Below, piece by piece: positions 39,241-47,429 of a stretch of 64,000 nucleotides of DNA. This DNA comes from an uncultured Enterobacteriaceae bacterium. GTDB taxonomy: Bacteria; Myxococcota_A; UBA796; GCA-2862545. The stretch lies in the NCBI GenBank assembly GCA_964396405.1, contig CAYNFK010000006.1, positions 7,971-71,970 on the forward strand, read 5' to 3'. Below the pieces are notes generated by a model. That model had not been told where the DNA came from and made no database searches. It worked only from the letters and a program-made list of their open reading frames with translations. Each line of letters opens with the position of its first letter. Position 1 is the first letter of the stretch. The position numbers and the translations under genes were made by a program.

Positions 39241-40854
39241 CTACGAGTACGGGTCCGTCCCGCGCTCGCGTAGAGTCTCCGCGTTGATGCGGGGCGGCGC
39301 AGGGACGAACTGCGCATCCGCGAGGTGCTCGATGAAGCCCACGAGTGTCTCACCCTCGAAGTCCTTCTTCTTGATGGTGCGGTACTCGGGTGTCCGTTCA
39401 GCCGATTGCAAGGCCTGAACCGCGATCCGACGGGCGCGGGTCACCATGTGCGAGGCGTCGGCGTTTACGTACCGCTTGATGCTGTGGTGGTCCGTGTAGT
39501 CGCCGCACTGTGCCAAATAGAGCGTCGCCCCCATAACCTCTGGGTCGTGGCCGTCTCCCGAAAGCAGCTGGTGCGCCCGTCTCGTGATCGCAGCGCTCTG
39601 AACCTTCATCTGCGTTGCGAGCAGCCAAAGCTGGTAGTTCTGCCAAGGGTAGACGAAGATCGGGTCCCCGGTCAGCATCTTCTCCAGTTCCCGACACTCG
39701 CGGTCCCCGAACGGCATCACCGACAGGAAGCGGCACAGCTTCTCCGACGCCTCCGGCCACCGACGAAGGGCACCCAACGCAAGCAACGGCAACTCAGCAA
39801 TTAACGGGTGCGTCACATCCTTGTACTGCATGATGTCGACGATGCGGCCCAAGCTAAACCTGAACACCGATTCCCCGACGCCGCCCTGAAGAAGCAGCTC
39901 GTGCATCTTGTCGAAGAGCAAGGCAGCGGCCCGCTCGACCGTACCACGATTTTTCGCGCCGTTGAGCAGGCCCTCCACGGTCTCGAAGAACGGATCCGGC
40001 AGGTCATGCACCTTTTTCATCCCGTCGTCGTCGGGGCCGACAATTACCGTCTTCGAGGCGTTCACATCCAGCCCGATATTGCGCAGCTCGTCGATGAGCG
40101 CGATCATCGCCCGGCGAGCAGTTGCCTCGTCGGGCGCCACGATTTTGAAGTCGTCGACCCATCGAAAGCAGGTGAATCCCATCCGCTCCATCTTTTTGTC
40201 GATGGAGTCGAGGAAGACATTACCAAGAAAAGAGCTGGGGGCCATATTCTGCGGCAGGCCGACATCGCCCTGCGGCGCCCATACCTTTAGGCAGTCGAAC
40301 AATGATTTCAGGGTCGCATCAATCGAGGGCGTCATCTCGCCTACAAGAATGCCGCGAAGGCGATCCGAAAGGGTCCGAAATCGGAGGTTCGAAAAGTAGG
40401 AGGTGATGTCCGTCTTGACCAGCCAGCTCGCCGGCTCCTTGACAAGCAGATCCCGCACGTCACCGTTGAACTTGTTCCACTGCGCGGGGAACTGGCGAAG
40501 GAACATCCAGGGCGAGTCCGGCGAGCGCAGCCGGTACCCGTATGAACTCGGACTGAGCTTCGCGTCGACCAGCGGGGCGAGCTTGTCCACGAGGGCTTGG
40601 TACACGATGCGGTCGATGGGCCGCATCTGAACAGCGTGCCTCAACGTGTAGTTCGACTTGGGGATGTACAGATCCACAGCGGGCAACGGAATAAAGCTGT
40701 CCGCCGCCTTCTCAAGACGAAGCACCGTGTCGTCCATCGATGCGAAGAGGTCGGCACACCCCAAGGGGTCCGGCCAGAAGTCGTCGTGGATGTCGTTCTT
40801 GTACCGCTTGAGCGCGAGCTTCCAGTCAAGCTCAAGTGCCGTTAGGTCGATCAC
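39241..40854 (-). CDS. reverse transcriptase, defence-associated (UG/Abi/DRT-like) type with a long helical C-terminal extension
   Basis: GTG start. RT motifs present: IPKSNYTLRHAVQMRPIDRIVYQAL; LVKTDITSYFSNL; GLPQNMAPSSFLGNVFLDSID; FRWVDDFKIV; GLDVNASKTVIV. About 250 aa of helical sequence follows. Confidence 0.9.
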   Translation of the reverse strand: MIDLTALELDWKLALKRYKNDIHDDFWPDPLGCADLFASMDDTVLRLEKAADSFIPLPAVDLYIPKSNYTLRHAVQMRPIDRIVYQALVDKLAPLVDAKLSPSSYGYRLRSPDSPWMFLRQFPAQWNKFNGDVRDLLVKEPASWLVKTDITSYFSNLRFRTLSDRLRGILVGEMTPSIDATLKSLFDCLKVWAPQGDVGLPQNMAPSSFLGNVFLDSIDKKMERMGFTCFRWVDDFKIVAPDEATARRAMIALIDELRNIGLDVNASKTVIVGPDDDGMKKVHDLPDPFFETVEGLLNGAKNRGTVERAAALLFDKMHELLLQGGVGESVFRFSLGRIVDIMQYKDVTHPLIAELPLLALGALRRWPEASEKLCRFLSVMPFGDRECRELEKMLTGDPIFVYPWQNYQLWLLATQMKVQSAAITRRAHQLLSGDGHDPEVMGATLYLAQCGDYTDHHSIKRYVNADASHMVTRARRIAVQALQSAERTPEYRTIKKKDFEGETLVGFIEHLADAQFVPAPPRINAETLRERGTDPYS

Positions 40855-40985
40855 ACACCCCCGGGGAAGCGGGTATCACGGCGCGCCAGAACGAGGACAG
40901 CCGCGGCACACCTGCACGTGGAAGCGGCCCCACCGCGCCGCACCATCGCCCCGGGCTTGCCACCCCGCTCCGCCATGAACGCCCC

Positions 40986-41822
40986 CTACGGACACCCCAC
41001 CACCACCTCCAGGTCATACGTCACACACCCCACCTCGGTCGTGTACACCACAAACCACACCCGCCGGTCCACCGTGCGCGTGTTGGTGAACGACACGGTC
41101 TCCACGTCCGCGGTGGTGTCGGACATGTCGAGCATCAGGTAGCTGCCGGCCTCATGCACCGACAGATCGAGGTCCTTGCTCGCATGGGCGAACGTAATCT
41201 CGGCGGTGAAGCTGCACCCCGCAGGCACCACCTGATCGAAATAGTCGACGTCGCCCGGCGCATGCTCGAGGGCGGCGTAGGTCTGAGCCACGCCGTTGGG
41301 TGGCACCGCCAACGGGGTGCCCGTCAGCCAGGTGTTGTTGAGCTCGAACGCATCTGAGCCGCAGATGCCGGTGAAGCCGCCCCCATCGGTGTCGCCGTCC
41401 GTGTCCGCGACGGTGCCGGTGTCGACCTCGGTGTCCACGTCCGTGTCGCCGTCCGTGTCCGTGTGCGTCTCGACCTCCGTGTCCACGTCGGTGTCGGGGA
41501 GCGCATCGGTCTCCGGGTCGGTGTCCGTCTCGACCTCGGTGTCCGTCTCCAGGTCGGTGTCCGACTCCACGTCCGTGTCCGACTCGACCTCGGTGTCCGA
41601 CTCCACCTCGGTGTCCGACTCCACGTCCGTGTCCGACTCCACGTCCGTGTCCGTGTCGCCCGGGGTGTCCGACTCGGTCCCGCTCGGATCGTCGGTCTCG
41701 ACCTCGGTGTCCGTGGCCTCCGCCTCGGTGTCGTCCTTCAGCCGGATCGACCTCGTAGTGGTGCAGGCCGCAAGCAGGCAGACGGCGAGCACGCAGCTTC
41801 GGGACGTCGACGTGGCGCGCAA
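40986..41822 (-). CDS. lipoprotein with a DT/ES-rich repeat linker and a C-terminal pre-peptidase-C-terminal-like beta domain
   Basis: ORF 40986..41942. The probable start is the TTG at about 41822 after GAGG, giving LRATSTSRSCVLAVCLLAAC (lipobox). (DTDVES/DTEVES)n repeats are present. Confidence 0.65.
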   Translation of the reverse strand: MRATSTSRSCVLAVCLLAACTTTRSIRLKDDTEAEATDTEVETDDPSGTESDTPGDTDTDVESDTDVESDTEVESDTEVESDTDVESDTDLETDTEVETDTDPETDALPDTDVDTEVETHTDTDGDTDVDTEVDTGTVADTDGDTDGGGFTGICGSDAFELNNTWLTGTPLAVPPNGVAQTYAALEHAPGDVDYFDQVVPAGCSFTAEITFAHASKDLDLSVHEAGSYLMLDMSDTTADVETVSFTNTRTVDRRVWFVVYTTEVGCVTYDLEVVVGCP

Positions 41823-41957
41823 GGGGACCTCGGCGGGGTGGTGAGCCCTAACGGATGGGCGCGTCGCAGACCCCACCACCCTGGACGGCCCGTGTTTGCA
41901 GATCGTGCCGCCGCCGCACCCAGGGTGCGTCACCGCGCTCACTGTCGGAGGTTCTTC

Positions 41958-42218
41958 ATGCGCTCGACCGTTGTTCTTCTGTGCTCGCTGCTCGCAGTCC
42001 CTGCCGCTGCGCAGGAGGTCGACGCCGAGTCGGGCCGCACGATCAAGTACAAGGAGCGCACCGAGCTCACGTTCGAGAACCTCGACGTGGAGGCCACCAC
42101 CACGAAGCCTGCGTTCGTGTACCTTGCAGAGGCCGGCCGCACCGCCTTCAACCCGCTGCTGCGTCTTCGCGAGAGCTTCGAGCCCGAGCTGCGCGCCAGT
42201 TTGGCCGAGGTGAAGTGA
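41958..42218 (+). CDS. small secreted hypothetical protein (86 aa)
   Basis: Start at MRSTVVLLCSLLAVPAAAQE (signal peptide) within ORF 41463..42218. Confidence 0.55.
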   Translation: MRSTVVLLCSLLAVPAAAQEVDAESGRTIKYKERTELTFENLDVEATTTKPAFVYLAEAGRTAFNPLLRLRESFEPELRASLAEVK

Positions 42219-42429
42219 GGCTACGCATCGGAGAAGGGTTCACCGGGCTCGGAGCCTGCATCGCGAGGGCGCCGTCGCGCGCCGAAGCGGTTCAGAGCAC
42301 CTCTTCCGCCGGCTGCACGTCGACGGCGATGGGCACCTCCTCCAGCACGTCTTCCCCGGAGTTGAACCGCACAAGGCACTGGAACAGACCGGGCTCGCTC
42401 GACACAAAGCGCCACCACCGCGAAAGCCC

Positions 42430-42840
42430 TCATGACGGACCTCCATGGCGGACGAGGCGCGCCCGCGCGTCCTGATACGCCTGCCGCACCAGGGCCTCCA
42501 CCGCGGCCACGTCCACCTCCTCCCCCGGCCGCAGCTTCACATGCCGCATGAACCGTCCGGTGCCCTGCAGAAGGCCCCGGGGATCGTGCAGCTCGGCCCC
42601 GAGGAAGAACCCGAGGTTCCCGTGCGCCTTGAACGTGTTGACATACGCGAAAGCCACGTCCTCCACACAGGCCGTGGGCTGCCCATCGTGAAGCAGCTCG
42701 ACCACGTCGGTCCCGCAGCCGCGCACCACCTCGAACCAGGTCCGCGCGATCGCACCCAGCGCGCCAGGGCGCTCAGCCAGCCAGGCCTCCACGGCGGGGT
42801 CGCGCCGCTGGCCACCTGAGAGTCGGAAGAGCCGGCTCAT
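42430..42840 (-). CDS. DUF1801 (YdhG-like) domain protein
   Basis: Start at MSRLFRL. DPAVEAWL...FAYVNTFKAHGNLGFFLGAEL...MRHVKL is the pattern recalled for DUF1801. Confidence 0.6.
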   Translation of the reverse strand: MSRLFRLSGGQRRDPAVEAWLAERPGALGAIARTWFEVVRGCGTDVVELLHDGQPTACVEDVAFAYVNTFKAHGNLGFFLGAELHDPRGLLQGTGRFMRHVKLRPGEEVDVAAVEALVRQAYQDARARLVRHGGPS

Positions 42841-43093
42841 GGGGTCTCCCCTGGCTCGACCGCCCCACAGCAGGCCCTGTGCATCACGCCGCACCTCGCT
42901 GGAGCCCAAGTCTAGCCCACGACTGCACCGCAGCGGCGCACACGCTGAGGCTGACCGTGCGGCTCGTTCGTCGTCCGCGACCCGCGCGAAGCGCGCCTTG
43001 GTCCGACCTGCACGGGGCGCGCTCGAAACCGACCTCAGTCTCTCTGCGGTTTATCCGAACTCATGTGGTAGCTTTCCGCAGGATGGACCCCAG

Positions 43094-45409
43094 ATGCGCG
43101 CTGCCTCCCTCCTCCTCCCCATGCTGGTCGCCTGCAGCGCCGCGATCCTCGGCACCGACGATCCGAACGACACCGACCCGTTCGGCGACGCCCTCTGTGA
43201 TGGCAACCCCTGGTACCCCGACGTCGATCGCGACGGCGCGGGGGACGAGGCGCGGCTGGTGCGCCAATGCGACCGACCCGAGCCCGACTGGATCGCGGTG
43301 GGCGGGGACTGCGACGACGGCTCGGCCGACGTGGGGCCCGGCGCCGAAGAGCGGCCCAACGCGATCGACGACAACTGCGACGGCACGGCCGACGAGGGCA
43401 CGGTGCTGGTCGACGACGACCTCGACGGCGCCTGCGAGGACCCTGTCGGGCCCTGCACCGACGGGACGGTGCCCGGCGACTGCGACGACGCCGACGCCGC
43501 GCGCTTCCCCGGCGCGGTGGAGCTGTGCAACCGCGTCGACGACGACTGCGACGGCGTGGTGCCCGCTGACGAGGCCGACGGCGACTCCGACGGCTTCCTC
43601 GCCTGCGCGGACTGCAACGACAAGCGGGCCGAGATCTCGCCGGACGCGGCCGAGACGTGCAACGGCATCGACGACGACTGCGATCGGGTCGTCGACGACG
43701 TCGATGCGGACGGTGACGGGGCGATCGCCTGCGAGGGCACCACGGCGCTCGACGTCCTGCTGGTGGTCGACAACTCGTGCTCGATGTTCGCCGTCCAGGC
43801 ATCGCTCGCCGCACAGTCCGGGTTCCTCCTGCGCACGCTCGAGCGCGAGCGCATTGCGTGGCGCGTCGGCGCCCTCGCCGCCGACGACGGCCTGCGCTTG
43901 TTGGCACCGGCGATCGACGCCGCCGCTGGGGACACGCTTGCTGCGGTCGCGGAGGCCGTCCGGCCGGCCGACCGCACGATGGACCCGGAGCGGCCGCTGC
44001 AGAGCGCCGTCACCTTCCTGGCCACCCCTGCGGGGCGCGCCTTTCGCCGCCCCGGCGCCGGACTGGCGGTCGTGGTGGTCACCGACGAAGACGACCGCTC
44101 CGTCCTGCTCCCCGAAGAGGCGCTTGCAGGACTTCGCGGGAGCGTGGATGCGTTCGTGCTCGGCGTCGTCGGGGGTGGATGGACGGGATGTGAGGCGGCG
44201 CGGGGCGCGGCGAGCCCGTCACCACGGCTGCTGGCCACCCTCGAGCTCACCGATGGCCCCTTCGCCAGCGTGTGCACCGACACCTGGTTCAAGGACTGGG
44301 GCACCGCCTGGCTGCCCAGGGCGGGTGTCGACTGCGACGACACCAACGCTGCCGTGCACCCGGAGGCGCAGGAGCGCTGCAACACCGTCGACGACGACTG
44401 CGACGGGGTCGCCGACGACGACCACGACCAGGACGGCAGCACGACCTGCAACGGCGACTGTGATGACCGCGACCGAACGCGAGCACCCGGCCTACCCGAG
44501 CTGTGCGACGGCCTCGACAATGACTGTGCCAACGGCGTCCCGGCCGAGGAAGACGACCGCGATGCCGACCGCTGGCGGGTGTGTGACGGCGACTGCGACG
44601 ACGCCGTGCGCTCCGTTCACCCCGGCGCGGTCGAGATCTGCGGCGACAGCATCGACCAGGACTGCGACGGGCCCGACGGCGGCACCGTCGATGACGACGG
44701 TGACGGCTACACCGTGTGCCAGGGCGACTGCGACGACCAGGACGACCTCACGTTTCCGTGGGCGCCTGAGCATCCGTTCTCGGGTCGCGACGAGGACTGC
44801 GACGGCTATGTGGACGGACAAGACGCCGATGTGATCACCGCAGCCCAGGATGTCGGTGACAGCTCGCTGCTCACGGTGGGCAGCCCCCGTCCGCTGGTCA
44901 CCCTGTGCGGCAAGACCTGGTACGAGGCCACCGTCTCGGCCAACGGCTACTTCGTGCCCGGCTACAGGCTCTACTTCGAGGACCAGCCGACCCTGGCCGA
45001 TCTGCGCATCCAGGCCCCGTTCGTGGCCGCGGCATGGGGCGACCTTGATCCCTCCGCCTGGACCGGCGGCAGCTTCCTGCAGGGGCACGGCGCGCGAGGT
45101 CCGATATGGTTCATCCAGCGCCAGGGTGGCGCGTTCACGGTTGTCTGGGACGACGTGCCCGACAAGGCCACGGGCCTGCCGGTGCGGGCCATCGCCACCG
45201 TGCACAACGACCAGGTGGAGATCGCCCGCCCCTACGCCGGGGGCGCCAAGCTCATGGGAGCGAGCTGCGATCCCGACCCCGCCACCTTCCTCAAGCCCGC
45301 GCCCACCGAGTCCACCCTGTGCCTCGCCGGCTTCGACGTCGGAGCGGCCGGCGCGTTCGTCAACCAGAGCACCGAGGGCATGGTGGCCACGTCGGTGTGC
45401 ACGCCGTGA
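43094..45409 (+). CDS. lipoprotein with MopE-type Cys-rich metal-binding-like repeats and a vWA-like insert
   Basis: Start at MRAASLLLPMLVAC. There are at least 9 repeats of DCDDxxxxxxPGAxExCNxxDDDCDG, plus LLVVDNSCSM (a vWA MIDAS-like DxSxS). Confidence 0.8.
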   Translation: MRAASLLLPMLVACSAAILGTDDPNDTDPFGDALCDGNPWYPDVDRDGAGDEARLVRQCDRPEPDWIAVGGDCDDGSADVGPGAEERPNAIDDNCDGTADEGTVLVDDDLDGACEDPVGPCTDGTVPGDCDDADAARFPGAVELCNRVDDDCDGVVPADEADGDSDGFLACADCNDKRAEISPDAAETCNGIDDDCDRVVDDVDADGDGAIACEGTTALDVLLVVDNSCSMFAVQASLAAQSGFLLRTLERERIAWRVGALAADDGLRLLAPAIDAAAGDTLAAVAEAVRPADRTMDPERPLQSAVTFLATPAGRAFRRPGAGLAVVVVTDEDDRSVLLPEEALAGLRGSVDAFVLGVVGGGWTGCEAARGAASPSPRLLATLELTDGPFASVCTDTWFKDWGTAWLPRAGVDCDDTNAAVHPEAQERCNTVDDDCDGVADDDHDQDGSTTCNGDCDDRDRTRAPGLPELCDGLDNDCANGVPAEEDDRDADRWRVCDGDCDDAVRSVHPGAVEICGDSIDQDCDGPDGGTVDDDGDGYTVCQGDCDDQDDLTFPWAPEHPFSGRDEDCDGYVDGQDADVITAAQDVGDSSLLTVGSPRPLVTLCGKTWYEATVSANGYFVPGYRLYFEDQPTLADLRIQAPFVAAAWGDLDPSAWTGGSFLQGHGARGPIWFIQRQGGAFTVVWDDVPDKATGLPVRAIATVHNDQVEIARPYAGGAKLMGASCDPDPATFLKPAPTESTLCLAGFDVGAAGAFVNQSTEGMVATSVCTP

Positions 45410-45426
45410 TCCCGAGGCCCCTGACC

Positions 45427-46257
45427 ATGCTGAGCTTGCCGCGTCCGTTGCTGGTGTGGACCTTTCTCGCAGCGTGTGCCGGAGGCGTGTCCGACGAGAA
45501 CGACAAGCCGTCCGACACCGACGACACCGACACCGACACGGTCGAGACGGACCCCGTCACCACCGACGACACCGACACCGACACGGTCGAGACGGACCCC
45601 GTCACCACCGACGACACCGACTCCGATGTCGGCAGCACCGACGAAACAGACACCGTCGACACCGACACCGTCACCACCGACGAAACAGACACCGTCACCA
45701 CCGACGAGACGGACACCGTCACCACCGACGAGACGGACACCGTCGACACCGACACCGTCACCACCGACGAGACAGACACCGTCGACACCGACACCGTCAC
45801 CACCGACGAGACGGACACCATCGACACCGACACCGACACCGACACGGGTTCCGACACCGACACCGACACCGACTTCGTCGACACGGACACGGGCACGTTC
45901 CCGCCCACGCCCGTGGACCCCTGCCTGGCGGTCATCCCGCCTCAGACGGTGCTCATCACCTCGGACCAGCCCTCCGCCGTCAACGACGGCTTCTTCTGGG
46001 TGTGTCGCAACGTGACCCTGTCGATCACCGGCCAGCGCAACATCGTGTTCGTGGAGGTCGGCGGAGAGGTGATCCTCAACGGCCCGCGCAACGTGGTGTA
46101 CGCGAAGGACCGGTCGGACGTGGTGGTGGTTGGACGCGAGCAGGACATCCGCCACGACACCCGCACGGGAATCCTGATCCTCACGGGCGGCCAAGCGCAG
46201 ACCCAGCTCTGCCCGGGCCTCACCTTCGACCTCACCCAGGCACCCCCGGGCTGCTGA
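45427..46257 (+). CDS. lipoprotein with a long Asp/Thr repeat linker and a C-terminal beta-rich domain
   Basis: Start at MLSLPRPLLVWTFLAAC within ORF 45106..46257. The linker is (DTDTVETDPVTTD)/(ETDTVTTD)n. Confidence 0.7.
   Translation: MLSLPRPLLVWTFLAACAGGVSDENDKPSDTDDTDTDTVETDPVTTDDTDTDTVETDPVTTDDTDSDVGSTDETDTVDTDTVTTDETDTVTTDETDTVTTDETDTVDTDTVTTDETDTVDTDTVTTDETDTIDTDTDTDTGSDTDTDTDFVDTDTGTFPPTPVDPCLAVIPPQTVLITSDQPSAVNDGFFWVCRNVTLSITGQRNIVFVEVGGEVILNGPRNVVYAKDRSDVVVVGREQDIRHDTRTGILILTGGQAQTQLCPGLTFDLTQAPPGC
45523..45612 (+). repeat. two tandem 45-bp units (encoding DTDTDTVETDPVTTD) within the DT-repeat tract
   Basis: Read directly: units at 45523-45567 and 45568-45612 are identical. Confidence 0.8.
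45568..45626 (+). repeat. left arm of a perfect 59-bp inverted repeat
   Basis: GACACCGACACCGACACGGTCGAGACGGACCCCGTCACCACCGACGACACCGACTCCGA equals the reverse complement of 46852-46910. Confidence 0.85.
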
Positions 46258-46322
46258 TCCCGCGACGGTGAGCCCGCGCTGGGGCGTCCCGACGCAGGCC
46301 CACTCGACCTACGCGCTACCGA

Positions 46323-47234
46323 CTACGAGTCGCAGAGCGTCGACGGGAAGATGTCGCGGAGGTGGCCCGCGTGGGGGATGCACGACCGGATGCGGGTGTC
46401 GATCACCGACCACTTCCCAGGCGCGTTGCGGTGGCAGAAGATCACCTTGCCGTCGCCAGGGGTCTGGAATTGATCCAGCCAGCCCGGCACCCTCGAGGCC
46501 TTGACGCAGTCCGACTCGCTGATGGTGCCCGGATCGGTGTCGGTGTCGGCACCGGTGTCGGTGTCGGACCACGGCGCGGTGTCCGACTCGACCCATTCGG
46601 CGGTGTCGGTCTCAGTGTCCGGGACGGTGTCGGTGTCGTCCGGGTCGGTGTCGACGGGGTCCGTGTCGACGGGGTCGGTCTCGACGGGGTCCGTGTCGAC
46701 GGGGTCCGTCTCGGAAGGGTCCGTGTCCACCGGATCGTCGGTCTCCTTCGGGTCGGTGTCCACGGGATCCGTGTCGACGGGGTCGGTGTCGTCGGTGTCG
46801 GTCTCGTCGGTGGTGACGGGGTCGGTGTCGGTCTCGTCGGTGGTGACGGTGTCGGAGTCGGTGTCGTCGGTGGTGACGGGGTCCGTCTCGACCGTGTCGG
46901 TGTCGGTGTCGTCGCCGGTGTCCGTGTCGGCACCCGTGTCGGTGTCGACAGCGGTCTCCGGCACGGGATCGACGACCTCGTAGGTGACCGACGGGTTGTC
47001 GTCGGCCGGCCGAGGGGGTGGCTCATCGACCGGCGGGGGCCCCGTGTCGTCGATCTCTTCGAAGACCGGAGGATCGCTCTCCTCGCCGTCGAGATCCGGC
47101 AGGAGACCGTTGTTGCTGACCTTGCCGTCCTCCGGACACGCCGCGAGCAGGATCGCGAGGCTTGCGATGCCGAGGGTTCGCAGGGTCAAGGGACGCTCCT
47201 TCGTAAACACCGAAGTCCACTGGGGTAAACCCAC
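46323..47234 (-). CDS. lipoprotein with an Asp/Thr repeat linker and a small Cys/His C-terminal domain
   Basis: LGIASLAILLAAC lipobox and a DT linker. The C-terminus is KVIFCHRNAPGKWSVIDTRIRSCIPHAGHLRDIFPSTLC. The start is uncertain. Confidence 0.7.
   Translation of the reverse strand: MGLPQWTSVFTKERPLTLRTLGIASLAILLAACPEDGKVSNNGLLPDLDGEESDPPVFEEIDDTGPPPVDEPPPRPADDNPSVTYEVVDPVPETAVDTDTGADTDTGDDTDTDTVETDPVTTDDTDSDTVTTDETDTDPVTTDETDTDDTDPVDTDPVDTDPKETDDPVDTDPSETDPVDTDPVETDPVDTDPVDTDPDDTDTVPDTETDTAEWVESDTAPWSDTDTGADTDTDPGTISESDCVKASRVPGWLDQFQTPGDGKVIFCHRNAPGKWSVIDTRIRSCIPHAGHLRDIFPSTLCDS
46852..46910 (-). repeat. right arm of a perfect 59-bp inverted repeat
   Basis: I wrote out the reverse complement of 46851-46910 by hand. 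It matches 45568-45627 at 59 of 60 positions. Confidence 0.85.
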
Positions 47235-47429
47235 ACTACCTCATGCGAGGCACCCGTGGGAGACGGCGAAGGCCACACCGTTGGCGCGTCGTCTCGGGTC
47301 CGAAAAATGTCGACGGACCGAGGTGCCGATCACGGTACCGTAGTCCGGCGCCACCCCGTGTGGATCTTGGCCGCGCGACCGCGTGATGGGCGACGACGAG
47401 GCGCGAAGCGCGTGCGCCGCCGCCCCTGC

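Larger units (their letters stand above)
36657..40985. other. compositionally distinct (lower-GC) accessory islet carrying RT and CHAT genes, with no integrase
   Basis: Codon third positions and intergenic DNA are visibly richer in A/T than the flanking genes. This is an eye estimate, not a computed value. Confidence 0.55.

Noticed and set aside
39241-40985. The possibility that the RT is a retron, a group II intron or a DGR reverse transcriptase.
   Set aside because: Several features argue against each class:
- There is no maturase X or endonuclease region, and no intron-like flanks.
- The protein is much longer than retron RTs, and I saw no long a1/a2-type inverted repeats in the 130 bp upstream.
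- Motif B lacks the DGR-type IGNLTSQ-like signature, and no TR/VR repeat pair was seen nearby.
36650-40990. Short similar strings at both islet edges (CCCCTAC..CCACC) as possible direct repeats or att sites.
   Set aside because: Both are simply the stop-codon regions of minus-strand genes encoding Val/Pro-rich C-termini. The match is short and gapped.
42879-44834. A 651-aa plus-strand ORF and 290-493-aa minus-strand ORFs across the MopE-repeat gene.
   Set aside because: They are off-frame translations, extremely Arg/Thr/Ala/Pro-rich. The frame with DCDD..PGA.E.CN..DDDCDG repeats is the real one.
45480-47000. The repeat-rich stretches (GACACCGAC tracts, and the 21-bp array at 51597-51749) as possible CRISPR arrays.
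   Set aside because: The units are contiguous with no unique spacers. They are in-frame coding linkers or a simple tandem repeat. No cas genes are present.
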